Below are positions 27,095 through 35,120 of a stretch of DNA of 64,000 bases, piece by piece. The notes under the pieces were generated by a model. The model saw only the letters and a list, made by a program, of their open reading frames with translations, was not told where the DNA came from and searched no databases. Each line of letters opens with the position of its first letter. The stretch's first letter is position 1. Source of the stretch: an uncultured bacterium (GTDB taxonomy: Bacteria > Patescibacteriota > Minisyncoccia > Phycocordibacterales > Phycocordibacteraceae); contig CAMTWI010000004.1 of the NCBI GenBank assembly GCA_947085505.1, forward strand, positions 193,800 through 257,799. Reading direction: 5' to 3'. Position numbers and translations under genes: made by a program.

Positions 27095-27121
27095 AAAGCC
27101 ACCGTTATTCCGGTGGCTTTT
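27095..27121 (+). terminator. hairpin terminator
   Basis: aaagccaccg-ttattc-cggtggcttt-t. Confidence 0.65.
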
Positions 27122-27158
27122 ATCGTTCGTTCTCTTCCCTCGTGTACCTCTCTTTATC

Positions 27159-27167
27159 TGTTAATCT
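27159..27167 (+). promoter_or_regulatory. extended -10 (TGtTAATCT) 6 nt before ATG 27174
   Basis: Read directly. Confidence 0.4.
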
Positions 27168-27173
27168 GCCAAC

Positions 27174-27551
27174 ATGAACCACACTACTCAAACCATTCTC
27201 GGTACACTCGTCGTCATAGGCTTCGTTATGGGCGCGCTCTTTCTGTACGAGCGATCAAACAAAGAACAAGCGGAGCAAGAGACACCAATAATCCCTGAAG
27301 TGTCTACTGAAGTCACACCGGAGCAAACCTCTACAGAAAGTATTGAAGAGTACGTTAGAAAGAACATCTCTACACTCTCTCCCGAGCCCGAGGTGCTCGG
27401 CGGTACGTTCTATGTAACGAGCATTGAAGCTAGCAATGGTTCTGGTGTCGTCTCATACGAAGACGGACATGTCGCGTTCACCGCAGACTTCACCTATGCA
27501 ACAAATGAATCAGGCGCAGTCTCGGTTGATTCGTTTGTGGTGCGTCAATAA
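27174..27551 (+). CDS. membrane-anchored hypothetical protein (125 aa)
   Basis: N-terminal TM segment, an acidic linker and a small beta domain. Confidence 0.55.
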   Translation: MNHTTQTILGTLVVIGFVMGALFLYERSNKEQAEQETPIIPEVSTEVTPEQTSTESIEEYVRKNISTLSPEPEVLGGTFYVTSIEASNGSGVVSYEDGHVAFTADFTYATNESGAVSVDSFVVRQ

Positions 27552-27574
27552 GTTTCAAACACTTCTAGATACAG

Positions 27575-27608
27575 AAAAGGCGCAGATCGCTGAGGATCTG
27601 CGCCTTTT
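27575..27608. terminator. bidirectional terminator between convergent genes
   Basis: aaaa-ggcgcagatc-gctgag-gatctgcgcc-tttt. Confidence 0.8.
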
Positions 27609-27620
27609 CTCTTTTCCTAA

Positions 27621-27971
27621 TTATTGATTGTCGAGCTTTACAGATGCCTCAGGCGTTGTAACCGCCTTACTCATGGTGAGCATCTTAATGATGCCAAACG
27701 CAACGAGCCAGTAGACAGCCATTGCAAGGAGCGTCGTCCATTCAAAAACACTACCCGATACCTGACTTACGCCGAACACCGATGAAAATGGGAGCGTGAA
27801 CGGATACGAGAGTGAATAGATGAAGTCTGTGAATCCTGCAGCAGGATTCGCGCCAAGGAGCTTAAGCACAAAACGGAACGCAAGCAGAATCTCGAGTACA
27901 CCGAGTACGTACCATACAATTTGCGTACCTCGATACAGAGGCTTAGTTGAGGCAGCGACATTCGAATCCAT
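27621..27971 (-). CDS. YggT-family membrane protein
   Basis: ILLAFRFVLKLLGANPAAGFTDFIYSLSYPFTLPF matches the YGGT repeat pattern. Confidence 0.65.
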   Translation of the reverse strand: MDSNVAASTKPLYRGTQIVWYVLGVLEILLAFRFVLKLLGANPAAGFTDFIYSLSYPFTLPFSSVFGVSQVSGSVFEWTTLLAMAVYWLVAFGIIKMLTMSKAVTTPEASVKLDNQ

Positions 27972-28095
27972 AGGGATTTAGTTAGGGTTAGTAGCGACAG
28001 AGTGACACGTACCTGGTGAAGACCTCATGAAGCGCGGCATCATCTATGCCTATTGATCGGGAGTCATCCCGAAACAGAACTCAAGCAAACGTGCG

Positions 28096-28506
28096 CTATC
28101 CGTAGAGATGCTTCTTCGCGCTACAGCGACACGGAACACAGTGCTCGATACAATACTCTTTCCCATAGTCATACGTGAGCTCGTCTCCGGGCTTTATGTT
28201 CTTGAGCGCCATAACAAATACGCGACTCTTGTTGATTGCTGTTTCTGCGTTTGGACTGCAGGAATGATTGATATACCCCGCCTTATTAATGGCCGGCTTC
28301 CCGTCTATGGTCTTTGTCTTTGATATCTCAAAGAGATATTTGCTCTTACTACTTTCTGTCTCTTCTGGAGACAGTACGCGTCCTACATATTCAATAATGC
28401 AGCTCCCTTTCGGTATCGACTCTCCAGCAAAAAGCCCGAGACCGGCACTCGAACGTTTTACGGCGAGTTTCCACTCGCCGGGTACATACTTCCCTCGTTT
28501 TGCCAT
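28096..28506 (-). CDS. SET-domain protein (putative lysine methyltransferase)
   Basis: GLGLFAGESIPKGSCIIEYVG, INHSCSPNAE, GDELTYDYG and a C-terminal Cys cluster. Start set to MAKRGKYVPGEW. The longer ORF extension overlaps the divergent promoter region. Confidence 0.75.
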   Translation of the reverse strand: MAKRGKYVPGEWKLAVKRSSAGLGLFAGESIPKGSCIIEYVGRVLSPEETESSKSKYLFEISKTKTIDGKPAINKAGYINHSCSPNAETAINKSRVFVMALKNIKPGDELTYDYGKEYCIEHCVPCRCSAKKHLYG

Positions 28507-28557
28507 ATAGTCTACCCATACTACGGTGCATATGGCTCCTGATGCAAGAGATGATGG

Positions 28558-28574
28558 CTTCATGTAGGCTTCAC
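28558..28574 (+). promoter_or_regulatory. direct repeat CTTCAT-N5-CTTCAC upstream of the hybrid HK
   Basis: CTTCAT 28558-28563 and CTTCAC 28569-28574 (11-bp phase). TGtTATAAA follows at 28588-28596. ATG at 28607. Confidence 0.4.
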
Positions 28575-28606
28575 GCATAATACGTAGTGTTATAAAGACC
28601 CCCTTC

Positions 28607-30652
28607 ATGACTTTCTTCTCGTATTCCGGACGGAACCTTCTGCATATGGTTTTGCTCTTTTTGGCATACCTTCTGTCTGCTCAGATTTTCTCTTATTTCT
28701 ACGCCACTATCCCAAACGCACCGATACTGGTTTGGCCTTCGTCTGGAATCGCACTTGCCGGGCTTATTCTTGGTGGTATTGGGCTTTGGCCCGCAGTGTT
28801 TGCAGGTGCGCTTGTGCACAGCCTTTTATACGGGGACACGGCACTAGCGGTCGTTAGTGTTGCCGCCGCTAGTGCGCTGCAGGCAGTAGTTGGTGCCTAT
28901 TTTTTGAAGCAGTTCGGGTTTACAAACTCCTTCTCTCGCGTCCCGCAGACCATAGCGTTCATCCTGACGGCAATCCTTACTACCCTTATTGTCCCCTCAA
29001 TCGGCATACTGACACTCCTCATTGGGGGCGAACCGCTCACACGAGGTGTACTTGGTACCTACATACCGTGGTGGATTGCACAGATACTTTCTGTCCTTAT
29101 CGTAACGCCACTCTTGGTTCGGTGGCTTCCTCGCTTCACGTTTAGACGATCAAAGGGAGAGATGATTGAGGCGTGGCTATCCATAGCCTCCATAACGGGT
29201 GTTGCGTTCCTGTTGTACTGGACGCCGTACCGTGAGATTGCAGAAGTGCCACTTGTGTATCTCATTCTCGTACCACTCCTCTGGATTGCACTGCGTATTG
29301 GGCCCCGATTCATGACGCTTGCCTTGTTCATTAACGCGTTCCTTGCACTTGCGGGAACCGCATACCTAACGGTCTCTTCAGGATCTATCGCGATGCTCGG
29401 ACAAGCACTTCTTCAGACTGAAATCTTCATTATTATGATTTCGTTTATCTTCCTGCTCCTCGTTACCGTTGCCGAAGAGCGCAAGGACACGGCGAACGAT
29501 CTGCGGGAGAACGTAAAGCGTCTCGAAGACGCTATCGAGCGCATACGCAAGGAGGACGAGGCGAAGAGCCGTTTTATTGCAACACTCGCGCATGAGCTTA
29601 GGAATCCGCTCGCTCCTCTTATGTCCTCGCTTGAAATACTCAAGCTCGCACCTCCCAGCGTAAAGCAAACAAGCGGGCTCGCAGATGAGATGACTGATCA
29701 TCTCCAAACCATGCGTCACCTGCTTGACGACCTCCTCGACATATCACGCATCTCCCGCGAGAAGCTTTCGCTCTATAAAGAACGCGTAGATCTGAACGCC
29801 GTCATTCATCAAAGCACTCGGACCGTTGATCGGCTTATGAATGAGCGCGGTCATGCGCTCATTGTTGACGTTCCTGACACCGCAATCATGTTTGAAGCAG
29901 ATCCAGTGCGGCTCGAGCAGGTATTCGTGAACCTCTTAAACAACGCTGCGAAGTATACAGAGCCAGGCGGTACGATTACGGTATCAGCACAGATCTCCAA
30001 AGGATTCGTAACGGTTTGTGTATCGGATACCGGCATCGGTATGGATGAACATGTGCTTGAGCATGTCTTTGAAGCATTCTTTCAGATTGAACAGCCAGGC
30101 AAAATGCATGCGGGGCTTGGTATCGGTCTCTCGTTAACCCGGAACCTCGTTGAGATGCACGGCGGCACTATAGAAGCCAGGAGTCCTGGTATTGGTCGCG
30201 GCAGCGAGTTTGTGGTGCGGCTTCCCCTCACAGAATCCCTGCCTGAAGCAGCGACCAACAACACTAGAGCCGATATGCAGTCGAATGACGGACTCCGTAT
30301 TCTCATCGTGGATGACAACCGTGCTGCCGCAGATGCACTCGCGAAGCTTCTTGCACTTCGCGGGAACGTAACAGAAGCAGTGTATGCGAGCAAAGAAGCC
30401 ATCGAGCGAGCACCAACATTTTGTCCTGAGGTAGTGCTCCTCGACATCGGACTTCCCGATATGGACGGGTACGAGGTCGCACGAAGGCTTCGAAGCGACT
30501 CAAACTTCTCCGCCACCCTAATTGCGCTCACCGGATACGGTCAAGAGTCTGATATCCGCAAGGCCACAAAGGCCGGATTCGATCACCACCTCACAAAGCC
30601 AGCAGGGCTCGCTGACATTGAGGAGATACTACGCTCCATCGCGCGAACCTAA
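28607..30652 (+). CDS. hybrid sensor histidine kinase (polytopic MASE1-like sensor, HisKA, HATPase, C-terminal receiver)
   Basis: About 8 TM helices. H-box LAHELRNPLAP, N/G boxes (NNAAKYT, DTGIGM, GLGIGL) and a receiver with ILIVDDN...LLDIGLPDMDG...KP. Confidence 0.85.
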   Translation: MTFFSYSGRNLLHMVLLFLAYLLSAQIFSYFYATIPNAPILVWPSSGIALAGLILGGIGLWPAVFAGALVHSLLYGDTALAVVSVAAASALQAVVGAYFLKQFGFTNSFSRVPQTIAFILTAILTTLIVPSIGILTLLIGGEPLTRGVLGTYIPWWIAQILSVLIVTPLLVRWLPRFTFRRSKGEMIEAWLSIASITGVAFLLYWTPYREIAEVPLVYLILVPLLWIALRIGPRFMTLALFINAFLALAGTAYLTVSSGSIAMLGQALLQTEIFIIMISFIFLLLVTVAEERKDTANDLRENVKRLEDAIERIRKEDEAKSRFIATLAHELRNPLAPLMSSLEILKLAPPSVKQTSGLADEMTDHLQTMRHLLDDLLDISRISREKLSLYKERVDLNAVIHQSTRTVDRLMNERGHALIVDVPDTAIMFEADPVRLEQVFVNLLNNAAKYTEPGGTITVSAQISKGFVTVCVSDTGIGMDEHVLEHVFEAFFQIEQPGKMHAGLGIGLSLTRNLVEMHGGTIEARSPGIGRGSEFVVRLPLTESLPEAATNNTRADMQSNDGLRILIVDDNRAAADALAKLLALRGNVTEAVYASKEAIERAPTFCPEVVLLDIGLPDMDGYEVARRLRSDSNFSATLIALTGYGQESDIRKATKAGFDHHLTKPAGLADIEEILRSIART

Positions 30653-30665
30653 CGGGTATGGGACA

Positions 30666-31556
30666 ATGCGCGGGATGCCAAAGACCGCACTCATAGGGGT
30701 CCTTTCCCTTCTCGCCACACTCATTACTGGTACGGGCGCCTATGGCTACTATTACCTTGCCAGCGAGCTTGGAAGAGCCCAGGAGGCTCTAACAGCAACC
30801 AAGCAAGATGCCGAGGCACGTGCGGCTGCGCTCATGGAAGATCTCGCAATTAAGACTGAAGAAAAGATAACGCTTGCTGGGGAGCTTCGTCTTCTTCAAG
30901 AGGCACACGAGGATGAGAAGCGAACAGTACAGAGACTCTCGAATACAGTTGACGACCTTGAGAAGATCGTCGCAACTGATCCGGAACTCCTCGCAAAGTA
31001 TTCCAAAGTCTACTTTCTGAACGAGAACTATGCACCTGCGAAACTTTCGAGTATTGCAACCGAATTCACCTTTCAAAAGGAACGTACCTACGAAATACAC
31101 GCGGAGGTCGCCCCATTCTTAAAGAATCTGCTTGAGGACGCAAAGAAAGATGGGATGATTCTCCAGGTTGTGTCCGCGTACCGCTCCTTCGCAACGCAAG
31201 CGGCTCTCAAGTCTGGATACCGTATACGGTTTGGAACGGGAGCAAACGTGTTCTCTGCTGAGCAAGGTTACTCGGAGCATCAGCTCGGTACCGCGGTTGA
31301 TTTCACGACAGCAACCGTTGGCGGCATGTTTGTTGGATTTGATAAGACAGATGAGTATGCGTGGCTCACCAAGCATGCGCATGAATACGGCTTTATACTC
31401 TCCTATCCCAAAGGCAACACATATTACCAATACGAGCCCTGGCACTGGCGTTTCGTTGGAAGGAAGCTCGCGGAGCGCCTGCATGAGGATGGCGACTATT
31501 TCTATGACCTCGACCAACGAGTTATTGATACATACCTCGGCGTGCTCTTTGATTAA
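30666..31556 (+). CDS. D-alanyl-D-alanine carboxypeptidase, VanY/M15B family, with N-terminal TM segment and coiled coil
   Basis: SAYRSFATQ, SEHQLGTAVDF and EPWHWRFVG motifs. Start trimmed to MRGMPKTALIG. Confidence 0.8.
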   Translation: MRGMPKTALIGVLSLLATLITGTGAYGYYYLASELGRAQEALTATKQDAEARAAALMEDLAIKTEEKITLAGELRLLQEAHEDEKRTVQRLSNTVDDLEKIVATDPELLAKYSKVYFLNENYAPAKLSSIATEFTFQKERTYEIHAEVAPFLKNLLEDAKKDGMILQVVSAYRSFATQAALKSGYRIRFGTGANVFSAEQGYSEHQLGTAVDFTTATVGGMFVGFDKTDEYAWLTKHAHEYGFILSYPKGNTYYQYEPWHWRFVGRKLAERLHEDGDYFYDLDQRVIDTYLGVLFD

Positions 31557-31570
31557 ACGGATGTATGAAG

Positions 31571-31597
31571 AAAAGGCCCGTCTCTGACGGGCCTTTC
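31571..31597. terminator. bidirectional terminator
   Basis: aaa-aggcccgtc-tct-gacgggcct-ttct. Confidence 0.75.
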
Positions 31598-31599
31598 TA

Positions 31600-32838
31600 T
31601 TATTTAAGCACCTTCCACATCTTTGGATCCGAGCCTCCGTCTATCTTGAAGATAGCGACACCCGCAAGCTTAAGCCGCTTTGCAAGGTCTACCTTCTGCT
31701 TTATGGCAACTGAGTCACTCCACGTGAGGTACTGAACGGGTGCCTGTCGTCCCTGCATGCGTGCAAGCTCGAGTGCTCCTGCGGACGCTAGGCTAGCGGA
31801 CGAGGTACCACGCGGCGCAAGCTTCGCTAGTGCTGCCTGGTTTGGAAGTGCAGCAACCTGATCCTTGGGGACATACGTGAGCGAGAGCTCTCCTGCACGG
31901 TTACGCTCTGGTTTTATTTTGTACTCTTTAGCAATCTGCCTGCCGTATCCAGGATTGAACGCTTCAGTCTTTATGTAATTGTACCCGCTACCATCTGTGT
32001 GCGGCATAATCTGGTAGATATAGCCATAAGTGGCGATACCCAGAACCATTTTCTTTGTATCAATATCCTCGCCCATATACTCAACCACCTTCTCCACCCA
32101 CTTCACATCTGCTACTGGCGCGTAAATCTCTTTCGCGTTTCGCGCTACTCTGTTCAACTCTACGTCTGCTGTCTGCTGGTCATACGTCATAATGCGCACC
32201 CTGTCGCAGGAGCGGTTCACTTCCTTCAAGTCGTTTGCGTACTCAATACCAGGCGGCGGAGCGCCTGTATAGCGTGCAGAGAGTGGCATACGTGCCTCTA
32301 TGGTGCAGTGGAGCTGTTTCTTTCCGAGTGCATCGTTAAGCTCTGAAAGGAACGCGGAGAAGTGGATTCTCGTCTCCGCCTTCTTGCCCTCATAATCAAT
32401 ATCAATACCGTCGAAATTCTTTTCCTCAACGAGGTCTGCAATGGCTTTCACATGTGAAGCACGGGTCACTGGGTTTGAGAGGACCTTATGAATATTGTCC
32501 GTGTCACTCCACATAACAGTAGGGATCACCTTCACGCGCTTATTTTTAGCAGCCGCAATAAGGCTTTGCCAATCCTGTTTATCAATCTTTGCCGTATCAA
32601 CCAGGCTTCCGTCTGTACGTACGCTATACGCGAACGGATTGATTTCCGTCATCTTGCTCAGGTTCTTCATAGCGTCCTTAGTTCCCGCTTCGGTACGCCA
32701 GTACGGTATCCATCCGGATACCTCGAGCTTAGAGGATGAGCGAGCACTTGCCGCATGCGCCTCTAAAGGAGCGATGCCAGCAAAAACGAAGGTTGCAATG
32801 AGTGTGCCTGCGAAAAAGGAAGTTGGTGTGATGTTCAT
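31600..32838 (-). CDS. secreted glycoside hydrolase family 18 protein (chitinase/peptidoglycan-hydrolase-like)
   Basis: Signal peptide and the catalytic FDGIDIDYEG (DxDxE) motif. Confidence 0.8.
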   Translation of the reverse strand: MNITPTSFFAGTLIATFVFAGIAPLEAHAASARSSSKLEVSGWIPYWRTEAGTKDAMKNLSKMTEINPFAYSVRTDGSLVDTAKIDKQDWQSLIAAAKNKRVKVIPTVMWSDTDNIHKVLSNPVTRASHVKAIADLVEEKNFDGIDIDYEGKKAETRIHFSAFLSELNDALGKKQLHCTIEARMPLSARYTGAPPPGIEYANDLKEVNRSCDRVRIMTYDQQTADVELNRVARNAKEIYAPVADVKWVEKVVEYMGEDIDTKKMVLGIATYGYIYQIMPHTDGSGYNYIKTEAFNPGYGRQIAKEYKIKPERNRAGELSLTYVPKDQVAALPNQAALAKLAPRGTSSASLASAGALELARMQGRQAPVQYLTWSDSVAIKQKVDLAKRLKLAGVAIFKIDGGSDPKMWKVLK

Positions 32839-32917
32839 ATACTGTAAGTCACTATACCAAACGAATGAAAGGCCGCGCTCTTACGAGCGCTGCCTTTCAG
32901 GAGAGATTCAAGTATGC

Positions 32918-33532
32918 TTAGCGAACTGCGAGCGCAGGCTCTGCGAACATTGCCGCGAGTTCAGCCTGGGTTGTTGGGGGGTTTTTCATATTCACCTTTC
33001 CCACAACCGTTACTGTAACGCCCGTACAGTGTCCGAGCGCAATCGCTGGGTTCACATGGCGACCATTCACAGGCACCGTATCGTTCTGATCGAGGAGCAC
33101 GTCGATCTTGTGGGTCCAGCGCCAATGCATAGTGTCTGCAATAATGCGGTATCCGATCTGGTGCTCGACTTCAGAGAAACGGCACGAAGGAGTGTCCTTC
33201 GCTGTGCGCTCAATGCGTATAACGGTACCGAACGGGAGTTCAGCCGCCATATCGCGGGATCGCGCTGCCACAACCTCAGGAATCGAGGTCATGCCGCTCG
33301 CGGTGACGAATGGGTTATCATCCGTCTGTCCGGGAACAGCATTGTAAGCGGTCATACTAACCTGGTAGGTGTCGGCGGCTACCTCGATAGAGGTAGCCAG
33401 ACGTTTGGAAGGCTCTTCCGGAGCTCCTGCAACGACGGTCGGCGCGGAAATCGTCTCCGCATATGCCGGCGCCCCTGCACTACCTGGTAGAAACAGAAAG
33501 CCCATAAGGGCTACTACTGCAATAACTGGCAT
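32918..33532 (-). CDS. secreted 3D-domain protein (MltA/RlpA-like cell-wall binding or lytic domain)
   Basis: Signal peptide. YNAVPGQTDDNPFVTASG, FGTVIRIE and ADTMHWRWTHKIDVL are typical of 3D domains. Confidence 0.65.
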   Translation of the reverse strand: MPVIAVVALMGFLFLPGSAGAPAYAETISAPTVVAGAPEEPSKRLATSIEVAADTYQVSMTAYNAVPGQTDDNPFVTASGMTSIPEVVAARSRDMAAELPFGTVIRIERTAKDTPSCRFSEVEHQIGYRIIADTMHWRWTHKIDVLLDQNDTVPVNGRHVNPAIALGHCTGVTVTVVGKVNMKNPPTTQAELAAMFAEPALAVR

Positions 33533-33568
33533 AAATGAAAACCGCCCTTGCGGACGGCTAACTAGCCC

Positions 33569-33597
33569 ATAATAGCAGACTTGACAACTGCTGTCAA
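33569..33597 (-). promoter_or_regulatory. strong promoter for the 3D-domain gene, with its -35 inside a palindrome
   Basis: The minus strand reads TTGACA (rc 33592-33597), 17 nt, then TGcTATTAT (rc 33569-33577). Palindrome cttgaca-actgc-tgtcaag spans 33580-33598. The 38-nt leader carries the hairpin ccgtcc-gcaa-gggcgg followed by tttt. Confidence 0.55.
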
Positions 33598-33653
33598 GGC
33601 TTGGAAAGTCATTTCTTCATGTTTCGCTACCCTTCATTTTCGACAGTCAACCC

Positions 33654-33682
33654 TTGAAAATACGGCCTAGGTACAGTATTAT
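33654..33682 (+). promoter_or_regulatory. promoter ending 6 nt before ATG 33689
   Basis: TTGAAA 33654-33659, 17-nt spacer, TATTAT 33677-33682. Confidence 0.5.
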
Positions 33683-33688
33683 AAGCCC

Positions 33689-33991
33689 ATGAGCGAGCAT
33701 AAAAGAAAGGTGCGGAAGCTATGGTTTAGAGCCAAAGAATATGGCTGGGGATGGTTCCCTATTTCCTGGCAGGGATGGGCTATTACGGTCCTGTATGCCC
33801 TTTTGTTCACCCTTACCTTCCTCCTCTTCTCCGGCTGGATTGGGGCTGCTGCTGAGGCAGAAGTTGAGACTCGAGACATTGTATTCGGGGTCCTCGAGTT
33901 CCTCGCGGTTATTGCTCTCCTCTCCTATACCCTCTATAGGATCTGCATTAAGTGGGGCGAGAAGCCGGGATGGCGTTGGGGAAAGAAATAG
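33689..33991 (+). CDS. small 2-3 TM membrane protein (100 aa)
   Basis: Hydrophobic helices and a Trp-rich sequence. A terminator follows. Confidence 0.55.
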   Translation: MSEHKRKVRKLWFRAKEYGWGWFPISWQGWAITVLYALLFTLTFLLFSGWIGAAAEAEVETRDIVFGVLEFLAVIALLSYTLYRICIKWGEKPGWRWGKK

Positions 33992-33996
33992 AAGAA

Positions 33997-34026
33997 GAAA
34001 GCCGTCACAAAGACGGCTTTCTTCTT
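33997..34026. terminator. bidirectional terminator
   Basis: aaagccgtc-acaaa-gacggcttt-cttctttt. Confidence 0.75.
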
Positions 34027-34039
34027 TTATTACTGGGAA

Positions 34040-35074
34040 TTACCAACTCAACTGCCCTCCTGTCTTGTACTCCGTCACGCGAGTCTCAAAGAAGTTCTTC
34101 TCTTTGTTGAGATCAACCGCCTCACTCATCCACGGGAAAGGATTCTCCATGTTGTACTGCGCAGGAAGACCAACGGTAGCAAGACGTCGGTCCGCGATGT
34201 GCTCGATGTACTGCTTGAACCCGGCTGCATTCATGCCGAAGATACCCTTCGGGAATACCTCAGTTGCAAACGTGTACTCAAGCACAACGGCACGCTTCAC
34301 GAGATCAATGATGCGCTGCTGGAACTCAGGGGTCCACACCTCCGGCTGCTCCTCCTTTATGGTGTTAATCATGTTCACACCGAAGTTCAGGTGCTGAGAC
34401 TCGTCACGCATGATGTACTGAATCTGCTCGGCAGATCCTGTGAGCTTGTTCTGGCGCTGGAACCCGAACATAACCGCAAACGAGGAGTAGAAGAAGATAC
34501 CTTCCATGATAAGCGAGAAGACGCAGAGGTTCTCCAGGAAGAGCTGATCGTTCTCGAGCGTACCGGTCTTGAAGTCGTCTGCGAAGATTCCCTCGTTCAA
34601 GCGGAGTACCATGTTGTCCTTGTTGTAGATACTCTCTACCTCCCGGTACATGTTGAAGATTCGGGACTCATCCATACCAAGGGACTCCACGATGTACTGG
34701 TACGCATGCGTGTGAATTGCTTCTTCGTATCCTTGGCGAAGCAGGTACATGCGGCACTCAGGGCTCGTTATGTGCTTGTAGAGCGCGAGCACGACGTTGT
34801 TGGCAGCGATAGAGTCAGCGGTAGTGAAGAAGCCAAGCACGGTCTCGAACGCCTTGCGCTCATCTGGTGTTAGCGCCGTTGGGCTCTTCCACTGCTCAAT
34901 GTCGCGCTGCATGGAGATCTCGGTTGGAAGCCAGTGATTACTGTTCCCTGCCATGTACGCGTCCCACGCGAACATATGCTTCATCGGATAGAGCTGCATC
35001 ACGTCGGCATCGCCGCCGTTGATGATCTTTCGGTTGTTAATGTTAACGGGAGCAGCACCTTTGTTGATGGGCAT
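34040..35074 (-). CDS. nrdB: ribonucleotide reductase class I beta subunit
   Basis: Di-iron ligand motifs EEAIHTHAY and MRDESQHLNF. Radical-site context IFFYSSF retains the Tyr. Confidence 0.9.
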   Translation of the reverse strand: MPINKGAAPVNINNRKIINGGDADVMQLYPMKHMFAWDAYMAGNSNHWLPTEISMQRDIEQWKSPTALTPDERKAFETVLGFFTTADSIAANNVVLALYKHITSPECRMYLLRQGYEEAIHTHAYQYIVESLGMDESRIFNMYREVESIYNKDNMVLRLNEGIFADDFKTGTLENDQLFLENLCVFSLIMEGIFFYSSFAVMFGFQRQNKLTGSAEQIQYIMRDESQHLNFGVNMINTIKEEQPEVWTPEFQQRIIDLVKRAVVLEYTFATEVFPKGIFGMNAAGFKQYIEHIADRRLATVGLPAQYNMENPFPWMSEAVDLNKEKNFFETRVTEYKTGGQLSW

Positions 35075-35120
35075 AGTTCGGGATTTTTAAAGAACAATAA
35101 TAAGTCAGCGTTTGCTAGGA

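Noticed and set aside
26917-27102. 61-aa hydrophobic minus-strand ORF
   Set aside because: Its only start (GTG) lies inside the stem of terminator 27095-27121, and no minus-strand promoter or upstream gene is evident. It is kept only as the alternative to the equally weak plus-strand basic peptide.
28507-28608. Longer N-terminus of the SET-domain ORF
   Set aside because: The extension would cover the divergent hybrid-HK promoter and the CTTCAT/CTTCAC repeat. The SET homology begins after MAKRGKY.
33615-33637. CTTCAT…CTTCAT pair upstream of gene 33689 as a fourth response-regulator site
   Set aside because: The spacing is 17 bp rather than the 11-bp helical phasing seen at the other three sites, and it does not sit at a fixed distance from a -10 box.
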